NCBI GenBank assembly: GCA_051362555.1
Contig: CM120640.1
Span: forward strand, 1,302,001 to 1,366,000
Origin: Lingula anatina
Taxonomy: Eukaryota > Animalia > Brachiopoda
DNA: 64,000 bases
Direction of reading: 5' to 3'
Shown: positions 26,801 to 40,000 of the stretch, one piece after another
How the letters are laid out: every line of letters begins with the position of its first letter
Position numbering within the stretch: the stretch's first letter is position 1
Translations under genes and position numbers: made by a program
Notes under the pieces: generated by a model
Database searches by the model: none
The model's input: only the letters and a program-made list of their open reading frames with translations
What the model was told of the DNA's origin: nothing

Positions 26801-29800
26801 TACGTATCTCCGCTCTAGTATTACCACCTTTACTCCCATAGGAGTTACATGACAGCAGGGAACAATCCATTAAAATACATAAAGGACAATAAAAACTTAA
26901 ATCGATTGTTCAACCTTTATCGCCTGTAGCGCTCTATCACAACATCAGGAATTAAGGAAGATTATAAAACATAGAAGTTGCGCGGAGGGATACGGCATAG
27001 ATTTAATCCATAAAATATATATTTCTGGATTGGCGGGGCGGATTGATGTGATCTGTAATTGCTCGACAACGTCAGGTACTCTTCCCCTATAAACAGTGCA
27101 CTTAGTAAAGGTAAGCGTTAACTTTGCCTTGTCTTAATTTAGAACTTATGATTTGTGATATGTGTATCAGAGTCCGCGTTTCCCTACGTGGAGGTACGAA
27201 CTTGTCACACATACATCGGTTCTGTTTTATGTGCTTTACAGTGAAGTAGACACAAGTTTGGTGACATCTTTTTTGCTAAGCAGTGTCTGTTTTTGTGCTT
27301 TTGGTGTAGCCTTTTCCGTAAAGAAAAAAAAAATAAAATACCTGAAAGTAGAAATATAGGTTCAGTACCGTAAATCATATACAGCAAATGAACAGACCAT
27401 TTGGTTTTCATAGAGCAACCCCTTTGTCATTTCTTGGACCCCCTCTCGGTACAGCTTTTGACATTGCGTTAACTACTGTTGCCCTTGAAACCAAACAATA
27501 GCCCATGTATTGCAAATCTACTCTCGTTTTGTTGGTAGAGTTGGAGCTATGTTATTAGCTCCGTTAAAAACCCATGAGGTGATGTTCGCTTAAGGTGCTC
27601 GTGTTGTGCTCGCGGCCTTAAACTGTCAAACAAATTACCAATTATCTGCCGAGTTTTGTAAAGCTTTATAATGTCTCAATAGTAAAAACCGTCATATTCT
27701 CCATTTGTTTAAAAGTTCAGCGTTAGTCTGAACCCGGCACGTGTATTTGCACCGTGTGTTCTGTGTTAATGTCTGCCATATTACACAGAGTTCATGAAAT
27801 GGAATTTCTTTTATCTCCCATATTTGTTTGAGATGAACCCATTCTGAAATAGGACCATAATCTATGAGGCAATTTCCGCAAAAGGTCCTTAATTATGATG
27901 AAAATACCCATTCATTTTTTGACGTGTACCATGGAAGAGCAATAACATACTGGAAACATGAAGCATATGCGTCCCAACATGGTATGTCTTGTTATGTTCG
28001 TGTTGATTTTCATGCCATCAAGATTTTCATCTCAAAATGCACTTTGAACAATGTTCATTACTAACGAAATGATGGATAATGCTGTCATCTGAGGACTAAG
28101 TATGCAATATTCAAAGGCACACACCCACGCAGCCTTGTTACCGGATTGGCCATAGCACATTGGTACACGCTCAAATCTATCGTTTTCTGGTCTGGTCTTG
28201 CCTGTGGGTGGCTTCCTTAGAAAAAACGTCAGAATAATTCGCCAGACAGATATCATGCATGTTTATTGGGTATGTGTAAAATGTCGAAAGTATTATTTAC
28301 CCCAATCTACAAACATTGTTTGCATTCTGGCTTGCCTCCCAATAGTGCTTCCAGATCGTGGAAGAATTGCCGACGAAAAGCGTGCTGGAAATGTTCCGAT
28401 ATCATTCATAGTGATCGCATCCAGGGAAATGGTTATAATTGGGTATATTATCCCCTGTATCCGGAATCATTTCAGTCTTTGCTATATGTTCATACATAAA
28501 TTTTCATTAGACAGGACGGTTTTGTTAAACCATTCAATGCCATATTCCTAATCATTCAGTTCATGCAATGTTGGCGGTACTAAGGTTAAAACACAATATA
28601 ACACACAATTACTGATGATATATTACTTTTATTTAGTCGACGGGACATTAACGCCCACATTTTTTCTAATCCTGTGTTTTTAATCAGAACTATTAGAAAT
28701 CAAAACGCCAGCTCGTACTCAATAATTCAAGGCGAGCTTTAAACGGACACTTCCACAGAGAGCCCCACTGCGTAGCAATAACGTCTTGCAAATAATGAAA
28801 AGGCGATACATTTTCTTTTCATTCTTGATTAGAGTTGTGAAGGCAGAAATAGGCAGTATATTTCGATGCTGACGTCCATTCATTACTTTCAAACATTAAA
28901 CTAATGAAACGAAGACAGATGGCAACAAAACTTCTCCAATATAAGAAAACGTTTTCAAGTGCGATGACGGAAGCGATAATTGGAATTGAGGGCCACATAC
29001 AACGGTTCCCTGATACACAATGGAGTTAGCTTATTCTATATCAATGAGTAACTCAACATGTCCAACTCTCTGCTATTATTTGGGTGTTTGCACTTTTGTG
29101 GCAAGCAAGCACATATGTTGTCAATTGAGACAAGACTCTGCGGCTGTTGGTTGGTGGCTGCGGTTGACGTCTCTTTGTTGGTTGGTGGTTGACGTTTCGT
29201 TCTGTGTGTTAGTTGGTGACTGTTGTTGACTTGATATTGTTCTCTGTGTTGGTAGCTACGTCTGGTGTGGCCCATGGTATCTAGATATACAGTTCCACAC
29301 TGTCTACAGCTGTTGACTGGTCAGATAGTTCCTATAGATACACTTGGCGACTAGGATGTCATTGTGGTCATTGTGGTCAAGCAGTGACTGGACAACTGGC
29401 AAGACCATCCTAAGACATATATTCCGTGTTAATGAGACAATGAATGACGTCAGATTGCCATAAGACACATATCCTTATACATATTCTCACAGATTTTGAA
29501 GCGATTACTGTGACTTGGGTGTCTTGGATGAAAATGATATTTCATTCACTTCCTGTGAAATGATCTCAAAGAGACGAGGATATTCTTCAAACGTCAGATG
29601 ACGAATATCCTCGAACTTTCAATACCGCGTGGCATGAAAATGACTGGGCCATCTTTGATTTCTTGATTACAAATGGTATTTCAATACCGCCCATTGATAA
29701 TTGTTTCAAATAAATCACAGTGATTCATTTAAATTACGAATATCTTTTTAACTTTTTCGTACATTTCATTCTAAAGTAACTTTGCCAGTTTAGGTTATTT

Positions 29801-32800
29801 ATAGGGATTGGTTTCGTTCACTCTAAACGGGAATGATTTCTTTGAGAAAAAATGAGCTTAGAATGAAGCAATCATATTTGTGCCAAACATGTGATTGTAA
29901 TTAGACGATAGCACCGTCCAGACAGGTTGGAATCTTTGACGTTGGTAGCCGTTGATCAGTGTCATCGTCAGAAAAAAGCAGGTGCCCGTTGCGGTAGTTA
30001 TATGACAAATCATGTATTGAATGTAATGTTTCCCGTCTCCTCGGAACTCATCTTTTTCTGTCAGTTTTGGAGATGCATTTCCATAATGCAAGCACGACTT
30101 AAACATGAAATGGTACTTTAAAGACACGATACTATGCAGGATATTGATTGCGTGTCTTCCTGTGCTATTTGTATGTGGGTTGTAGAGAATTGTCTTCTAA
30201 TGTGCGATGCTATTCACATCACGGACACCTTGCACCAACAGTATATACCATGCTCTCTCTCTCTCTCTCTCTCTCTCTTTTTCTCTCTCTGTTCACCCAA
30301 TGCTGAACTCTTTTCCAGCTATTGAGAACTAACATATGTGGTGGGTGATCGATGTTTCAATGTTGTAAATTTAATTCTTTTGATTGCTTTTCAACTCCAA
30401 TACATTTGATACAAATTCTGTTACAATTGTTTACTGTGGAGGGTTAGTTCAGCACAAGGGGTGGTCATATGAACATAGCCAAAAACACCATTTACGTCGT
30501 AAGCTATGCCAGGACAACGCTCTCCAATAATTAAAAATGCCAACAACAGTTGTTCCGTGTTTTATGCTGTTTTTTTTTTCAGTTATAATAAAACAGTGAC
30601 TTACTCTAATCCTACTCGCATTTTCTCGTTGAAGCTTTAAGAGATGAGATGTAATTCAGTAGTATTCTTTCTTCCAACTGCACATTAAACAGTATGAAAC
30701 ATTTCCTTATGGTTTTTTAACCGTTTTATTTATGTACCACCTGTTAGTATCATGGCGGAACTACTATAATTCAGGGAACTTAACTTCAAGGCTAAGGAGA
30801 GAGATAATGCAAAAAGAGCTAGAGCTAGTATTTAGACAGAGGGAAGAAGTGATGATGCACCACTATTTGGACAGAAAAATCTTCAGATCTATGTGATTTG
30901 AAACTTGGCTGAGTGGCAAGGAGCTGGGTTAGGGTAGATAACTAATTGTCAATTAAGTATAACGACTGTGACGAAGAGCAGCCTCTTTGACCGCATTCTG
31001 ACACGGAATTAGCATTTGTATAAGATAAGATTCTTGGAGTCACGTAGAAGTGAAAGTTCTTTATCATCTTTAATTCCCATCATTTCGAATGGTAAATAGT
31101 GGAGAAAACAATAAGCAATGAAACAGATGCTTTGCTCGCTTTATTTCAACACATTTTGCGTGACAGGCCAGGGGTGCAATTGTACATGTAAGGTTCATTG
31201 CCAGATTCTGAACTTCCAGTTTCCAATGGCACAATTTGTTAATACCCTACCAGTGTTGCCCTGTGGTTATAAACTAAACTGCTACTGACTGTGGCGATTT
31301 ATCCTCAAAACGGTGTCATGTTAGAAGGGCTTCCTTTTGGCTTTGAAGAAACGTTGAATTTGCAAACGTATCTTATAATTGGATAGATATACCACTTAGT
31401 ATTTTCTTACCAGTAATCCACTCGTCGTCAAAAATTGTGCGAAGATGTAAATTTCTTTTATTACAGTAAAGAGTAACCTCCATACCGGACTCTGATATAT
31501 GTGATGTATACCATCACAGTGAACACGGATGGTAAGGATTCGTGCTTGTTTTGAGATTCTACATCAGAATTGTCATGATTTCCTTACCAGCCAACCAAAT
31601 CGGGGCCGCACCAATTCTACACGCAGCCAATAATTTTGGAACAGGCGTGTGTTGATAAAATAGTCTTACAGGGTGTTTGTTGCCATGTTCCCGGTAGCAC
31701 ACGTTTTGTTTTTTCCTTTAGAAACTTGATATTTGTCGTTTTCAATGCAATCCAATCGGAACAAGTCGGATACCTTTCATTATTTATAATTTTATATGTA
31801 CGGATACGGATTGTTCATTTTGGGTCGGGTTTAGATTTTGCAAGCCCTCTCTATAAATCACCAGCCAGGGTGGATAAGTCCCGTTGCTCACCGAGCTTAG
31901 AAAGGAGAAAATGGAAAGGGAATTGAATGGTTTCCGGCTGGCCATTATTCTTAGATTACAGGTTTATACTTAGTTTTTCACGATATATTGCACGTTTATT
32001 AATCCATTACGACCTGCTAAACGCTTAAAGGAAAAGGTCTGCCAGGTGAATTAAACGACATAACAATAGAAATGGAACAGACTAGAAGTGTTATTGACAG
32101 ACACTATGTCTTTGCAGTACGATAAGACGCCTAAAAAAGACGATAAGTGCACTGTCTAATGGAATAGAAGGACCTGTAATGACAATACAATTGATATTAA
32201 GTCCCAATTGATAGTCCATATACATTGTTCATTGGCGTTGTATTCTTAGACCCACGTCATTGATCTTATGGGGATTAATTCATGTTTGTACATTACATCA
32301 TGAATACTTTTCTTGTTAATCACGTGTATTCAGTTCAATTTTCTAACCAGGAAGAGTTTATTAAAGAAACAACGCATTTCCAAAACAAATCCCTGATAAT
32401 CTACTATCGAAGCAGTCCAGTTAATAAAATTTATTTGCAACACAGTAGGTAGCTTTGAACACAGAAACCAGGGGTGAAAGTTGACCCGCACACTACACAG
32501 GTTTACCTCTTAGCTTCAATCCCTTCTTTATCTTATTTCGATCAGCAATAAAAAAGGCATTTAGGCATGTTAGTTTTTTTTAGTGGCCAGGAAAATGTGC
32601 TTGGGTTTGATTCGTATCTATTGAGCAACTGTTCTTACTTGTCGAGTTCACAGAGCGCAAAGTTAGTCACAAGTGCACTGAAAACCACTTTTTAAATCAA
32701 AAATGTTTTTAAGAAAATGGTCATGCTGTTGCGTTCACGCCCCGCTCTTTACTCTCCTGGCATTCATTCTTGACACCCTTCAAAGTCAATTCGCAGTCAT

Positions 32801-35020
32801 CAATGTTACTTGACTTCTGTACGCCATCCCAGACAGCCATCCAGTTATGGTCCAAGAACCTTTAATTACTGTTCTTGAACCAAGGGGCGTGACGTCAGAT
32901 TATGTTCAACGGTTTTTGAGTGTTAAAAGTGGCCTTTGAAAGGCGCAGACGACACTTTCGCTCTCCTCAAGCAAGACCCGGCAACTGGTACTGGTGGAGA
33001 TTATCTGATGCTCCCGTCACCCCGCTTGTTAGGTACGATACAGCGCCAAGGCGTACCAGGGCTCTCTTCCGCCACCCATAACTGAACCACTTTGTAAGAT
33101 AGCGAGAAAATTGATAAAATGTTTAGATGGTTCAGTTAAATATTCATTTTGGCGGCAGATTTGTTGAAATATGCCATGTTGAAAGACAGTGTTTAAACCT
33201 ACATGTGACAGTGTGGTACAGATCTAGTCAATGATGTTATTTTACATATAAATTATCACAATCACTGCAAGATGAAACATTTGATAAGATGATGCAGATA
33301 TAGATAAAAAAATAAAAAAACTAATTCCATTCTGATTATTTATATCTTTCTGAATATTGTAAACTTTCGGTGTGGGATATGAAGCCTAGATGACAATGAG
33401 AGGCGTCAATAATAAAGCATTTTGTTCACTACATGGCATAGTTGATGTGCTTTACCACATCTATTTATCAAAGAGAACCGTTGATGACCATAGGAATCAG
33501 TGACGTGGAAAATACGTCCCCGGCCACCAATAAAACATGCCAACAGCTCCAGTAATTACAGACGCTGTGACCCGTGTTTAGTGCCATAAATCATTGGATT
33601 TTTTTCACCACATCCACTTTGGTAAGATATGAAGCTACTTACAAGATTCTTCTGTTCATTCACAGCTGCATGTGGTGTAATTAACTTCTAGCTGATAAAG
33701 CGGAAAGCCGTCTGCAACTTTTCTTACAAACAGCGTGTGTAGAAAAGGATTTGTTTATCTCAAAACGTTCAGCCTGTTCTTTTTATCCATTCTGATACAG
33801 TTAGGTTAAATTTTGGGGCGTTCTTTTGATTTTTATTGGTTTGCAAAAAATAAAAAAAAAACTCTTACTTCCACAACCTATAAATCAGCTATAAAATGAT
33901 CTCAATAACGTTACTCTGTTAATCGGAATTTTTAGGAGAAGGGCATCATCAGGAGGATCTACGGTCAGTGGAAGAGCTCGAAATGCTTAATGTCCAGCGG
34001 TTAAAGAAAGGTCAGAACGCTACGCTCTCTGACTACTGGCCGTTAAAGTGGACGTTTAACGGACTGTAGTTGATTGTTAAGCCTTGGTGCTTCATTGTAT
34101 CTAGTATGGAGTGTGTCTCATGAACAGCAGCGGCCCAGATGTGTTTTGTGTAAAAACGTGTGTGCCTTTCTCAGCTTGAGGTAGTGCGCTTTTTGTAGCT
34201 GCAGTGGCAGAACACCCTGTAAATACATTTCCGTATTACTACTGCTTAGTTAGGCAAACCGTGATTCCCTATTTCGCTTGACACCATTTATTATTTCATT
34301 GAACATAAAGAAAGTTTGACGAATGGTGCACAAGTTTGAAAAAGTCCCCCACCGATTAGAAAAAAATCTATTTTTGCCAATATTCTCTCTGGGCTAACCA
34401 CATGGAATTTTGCTACGGATATACGTTACCAATGTAAGAGGTAATGCAATGCAATAGAACTGGCAGACAGCCACTTGTACATCGGGAACAGTATCCAACT
34501 TTCTTTACCTGAACACATGTTTTATTGTAGTATTGTTTTCGAGAAACGCGGTTGGGCATTTTACATTTCTTGTTGAGTGCGTAGCATCAAAGTTAACCGG
34601 ATTACACTACGTTTACAGATCAACCGGCAGAAAGTAGTTATAACAACGCCGTCGTCAGTATGCGTTCCACTAAGACACATGCTCTTAGCAAAACAAGTTG
34701 TAATCTTAAGTAATCGACGTTTTCTTGCTTCATTTAAACGTTACTAAAAGTTCAGGTCTGCAAACCCTAAAACCATCTGTTTGCCAGTATGTGGTTTCTA
34801 TACCGCGTTCATACCCGTCAGATGTCGCCACTGACGCATACGTACAACACGCTGCCTCCGCTACCGTTAATCAGAAAATCACTCTTTTCCGCAATCTGGA
34901 ACAATTTGCTTTCGTCATACTACTGGAAGATCATATTTCACTTAAAGGCCATAAAACCAAACCCCTTAGTAATATCACAAATATTGACCCCGATTTGCAT
35001 GTGTCACTCTCTCGGACTGC

Positions 35021-35028
35021 TATATAAA
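35021..35028 (+). promoter_or_regulatory. Candidate TATA box of the CAP gene
   Basis: TATATAAA about 150 nt upstream of ATG 35174 with no intervening ATG. A good acceptor (TTTTCATTACAG| 35065) lies between them, so an upstream exon is also possible. Confidence 0.45.
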
Positions 35029-35173
35029 CCAGCACACTTTCACACATTTTGTGTTTTCATTACAGCTCCAAGCTACGCGATACTCGAGGACGTCGACTGA
35101 ACTCTCTAACTCCAAGAAGTTATCACTCTCTACAGACAAGAAGTGCAATTTAGCAACACAGAGTCAAAGGAAA

Positions 35174-35309
35174 ATGGATTGTATACGTGACCAGAGCAAC
35201 AGTTCTATACTACGATTGACAGTGACATTACTGTTATGTGTTGTTACTTTAGAAGCCAGAACGTACCACAATAGACACTGGGAGAATAAATTGATAAAGA
35301 AAGGCTACG
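35174..35309 (+). CDS. CAP gene exon 1: signal peptide
   Basis: MDCIRDQSNSSILRLTVTLLLCVVTLEA|RTY.. with a hydrophobic core. Donor ACG|GTAAGC, phase 1. Confidence 0.75.
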
Positions 35310-36002
35310 GTAAGCTATTTCATTTGATTTTTCTATCTATATGTCTTTAAATATATATTTAAAGGAAAAAAGTAATCTACCTACAAGTGTTGTTTAGAAG
35401 TAGCGGTTGGCAGTGTAATGTGAAGTTGCGTCTGTGAGGATTTATAAGCGTTTATGTCTTTAACCGTGGGGTCGGGGTCAGCTTAATGTATACAAGGTTT
35501 TTATCTGTATATACAAGACGTGGAAATGATGGTGTTTACTGGAATATATGACAGGAGAAAGTACTCTGGCTGAGATTCCCAAAATTTTTCTGCTATTTTT
35601 GTTTCGCGTTTGTTTCAAAATCGTGCTTCGGCGTGTATACTTGGCACCCGCTGTTGATTGAAGTCGACAAGTTGTTTGAAGCAAAGAACGTGGAACACGC
35701 CATAAAGCAAGGCATAAACGACTTACATGTGGACCGTTGTTGATGTCAGTGCTACCGTGCCCCCGAATTCCCACTTGTTTTCTCCAGTTTTACGCACATT
35801 TTTTTTACTTGAAATATTATAGCTTTTGGTAGAGTCCGGATTGCAAATAAGACTGAGCGAAACGTAAAGATTGTTTGTAGTACACAAGGTAGACAATAAA
35901 CACTAACGTATTTATTTCTGATAAAGAAATTATCATTGCCTTGAATTAATGTAGGTATACGCTATATCAGTAAAACATCGAATCGAAGTTTATTTTTGTC
36001 AA

Positions 36003-36057
<55 letters not shown>

Positions 36058-36981
36058 GATAATGGTTGTGATGATGCGGGACAATTAACTCAAAGCGGAC
36101 ACTTATTATCCCGGGTTGATTAACAGGGTTCAGTGGAAAAAAACACGGACAGTTTAATGATCCGGAATAATGACATCAATCGATACGACTTCTCCTTGTT
36201 ATGTCGGAACTAAGAAAATGACTTGTTTGTACTTAGGGAGCATAGGCTTTAAGCGTCTGTTCCCTCGCCTTGGAGTCGATGTTAAAGCAGATTGTTACAC
36301 CAATAAAAACGCATTTGCCTCGCGTGGCAGGGTAATGTTGGCACGCAGCAGAACAAATCAAAGCAGGCCTTGGAAGGCAATGTGGTTCTGATAAGGCAGG
36401 CCCTTTGTCTTCGAATCAAGATATTACGCCTAACACCTGAGAACGAAATGGTAATCATTAACTTCACTATTGTTCCCCCTGATGGACCCTGGATTGCCTC
36501 TCTGCGCCACTTTTGGTGGTTCTGGTTCGTTCCAGCTATCTGAGCTTTACCTCTGTTTGGGCCAAGTTGACGGAATGATGCCATTAGTCACTATTTCATT
36601 TTGAAAAGTCTCTTTTCGCTTCCCACAAACCACAGCTTGCTGGTTGAGTCAATTGCTCGGTATTTGTCAACCGCTGATATGATATGATAACACGCAGAGT
36701 AAATGGAGACATTTTACCACAAGATTGATTCGTTTCGTTAATGGCGTAACGCGTGGATGGATGGCATTAGATTTATGAGCTGGTTGTTTGTTACTTCAGA
36801 AAATATAAGTGACATAAGTCATTAAGATTGACTGTTTTCTTAGGGATTTATAGAATCTTACAAAAAGCAGGCATTGTGGCATCTCACGAACTTAGACTTT
36901 TCACTTTCTTACAAAATATGAACATCTCGCCATCTGATAAAGAAGTAGGTGTTTTAATATATTAAGAGGGTAGTCATGTCG

Positions 36982-37026
<45 letters not shown>

Positions 37027-40000
37027 GCATAGCGTTATCTGAAAAAAATGACAGTATATTGACAGAAACAATCGTCCTCTATGTATCCATTTTACGCGAA
37101 AGAAAATGAAATAGTCTGTCCGAACACCAAATGCCGTCATGTCACTTGTGTTAATTGAAAGATACGTTTAGGAAGGGCGAAAGACGCGAGTCTGTTTTGT
37201 TTTCCTTATGTTTTAATGTTAAAAGCTTTTTGTGTGGTTTGGGTATGTCTCATTGTTTTTAAAATAGGTGGAAGAAGACGCATTTTGCCTTCTGCTAAAT
37301 CATTTATTTGTAATTCTTGAAATATGCCAACATCACTGTATGACTATTATCTGATGTCATCTTGTTGAAAGAGCGAGTTGGTGGATGTCGTATTGCATAA
37401 ACAGATGTAACAGATCAGGAAGTGAATAAAAACATATATTTTGACATCATTCCGTGGATGATCTGGGATGATTTCATGAGAAGGGCAGATACATTGGTGA
37501 TTGACAGAAGGCTCGTGGAACTGAGACATCCACCCAGCTTAATGGTTTGTGGTCGGTAATGCGGGGATTGTCGAATCTGTAAAACAATCTCCGTCTCCAC
37601 CACGCCTTTTCTTTGAACTGAAATCGCATTTAAAAGCATATAATTCGAAAACAGCATTGAATTTTAGAAAGAAATATCGCTGCTGCGAGTACAAAGGCTA
37701 AATATTATATCGTGTTTTGATCCTTACTGCGTTCTTGTCTTTGGGTGTAGTCTAGATTACCAAGCGCCAGCCATTCCAGACTTAAAATCCTCTCATAGCC
37801 GGCCACTTGCTAATTTGCCCCCTTCGCCACAGAAGGCTTCAGTCAGCTCGTCTCTGGCAGTCTGCCATGAAGCACCTTCCTCGCCCAGACGTGTCTATCC
37901 TGTAGTTAACGACCGATGCAATGGATGAGTGAGAGGTGAGAGATCCCGCGTACGTGCAGCAGACAGGTATTTTTGAAATCGTCAGACAGGAACTTCCTAC
38001 TTCCGGTTCATGCATGGGTGCCTCATTCCGCGTTCTTGGATCTCTCTCTCTTTAAATTTATTTTCGTTTTAATGCCTGTCCCAAATTTTATGATTGGTCT
38101 GAAAGTGAAATACTGTCATGTTACTTTATTCCCTCCTTACTTGTGTTCTAACGTTTAGAAAAAACATAAAACAGGTGACAGATTCCTATGATATTGTAAA
38201 ATAATGCACCAACCGAACCCATGTGTTCTCCCTTTCCGTGAATATAAACTGAACTAACGAACGTAATCTAAAAACCAAAGAGGGAAGTATCTCATTGCTG
38301 GGATACTGCAACCCACCCCCAATTCTGTAGAGTGCAACACGTGTAGTTGGCTCCGTGTAGCTGGCAACAAGGTTCGTCCAATTTAAAACCAGGCACCAAT
38401 CTCTATTCTGCAGGAACCTTCAAAAACAATGGAACCCGGCACCTTGAGTACTTTAATTGGAAACAACTCTTTTGAGATGTTGTTGTACAGATACCTGTAG
38501 TTGAAAAAGGCAAGGTACTAATCTTGGAGTTTTGTAGGGAGTCAATTGCCATACACTTTTAAGTGGGTAATCTATTTAGTTCATCAGCCCCATGGTCTTG
38601 GCCATGTTAAAGCTTTGGACGACGTATCCCAAAAGGGGGTATTTAGAATAGAACTTGAATGAGAACTACTCAGCGCCTGTTCTTTGCGTTTTACATCATT
38701 TGTCGACATGTCCCTTCGCTTTGAATCATTGTTTGAAATATAAAACGGAGAAGCAGAATCAAAATAAATTTTGGATAAATAAAATTACGTTCTCAGCACT
38801 TTCGTATGCGGTAGCTGTATGATCTGGCGAGTAATTTGTTTGAAAAAATGACTACTCAGCACGGCTACCCCGCCCCCACGCCACTCCTGAGCGTTAAAGG
38901 CCAAATGTATTTGTCTTCGTTTGTGTTTGAGTTGTATGACAGGGCAAAAATTAAAGCCATTATGCTCCCTTGCAAGAAGCTGTCACGAAAGGCAAAACCC
39001 TTAGTTAAAACCCAGTCCATTCTTCACTATTCTACCACAGGATAGCTGTGCATGCTAATACCAGATTATGTCAACTATAGCTAAATGCGTTTTATGACAC
39101 TCAATTGCTCCTTTAAAGGAGTTATTGGTTTTCAGACCCACTTAATATGGCTTCTATTGGCTTCCGCCGTTTAATGAGGCAACTGCGTGTTGGTGCATTC
39201 TGTTTTTTATACGTAATTGTTACATTTAATATCTCATGACTCGCTTCAACTGACTTATTGAACTAGTACGTGCATATCTTCTTTCCTTCTTGTTTCTTTT
39301 TTAATAGATATATACCACGTATTTTCGTCTGTTTTTATTTATTTCTCTATTTATTTTCTTAGGTACAGATAACTGGGTGACCAAAAATCATATCGGAAAG
39401 CTGCCTTACGGGAAGACGAAGGTAAGACTTCATTTGGAAATGGTTTTACATATTGAAAGCATGGTTTGATGCTCAGAGGGTGCAACGGCAGATTACGACC
39501 AAAGTCGTCGTCTTTCCCTGAATGTATTGATTCTGGAATAGGAGCGTGAAGCACATGGGCATATTGCTTTTCACGAAGCCCCTGGAAAACCTTTTCAATT
39601 ATTACATGGCGTCGCCCTGCCTCTTAGTTCTTCTTTCAAGGTACTGTATGCTCCACTTAATAAACTGGTTCTCGGTACAAACGTATTATACTCGCGGAGA
39701 TAGAAACAGCTTGTGAGGCGTAAAAGATATGCTAAGTTTCTTTACCCAAACAAAAAGTCTAGGGAGCCTTCTTTGTCAAAATGTCATCGGATTTAAGTTA
39801 ATGAATCGTTACTGCCGTCTCATTCTGAAAGCTGAAATGGATTCGGTAGGATGACGGTTCGAACGTCGGTGGCTTGATGAGTTAATTTCACTTTGTGTGC
39901 ATTTACAGAAGGTCAACCGTCATCTCAACTTTATTTAAGCATGCGTAACCAGCATTCTGGTTTGTGTATACAATTAAATTTGAAATTTGTTAGGATGTTT

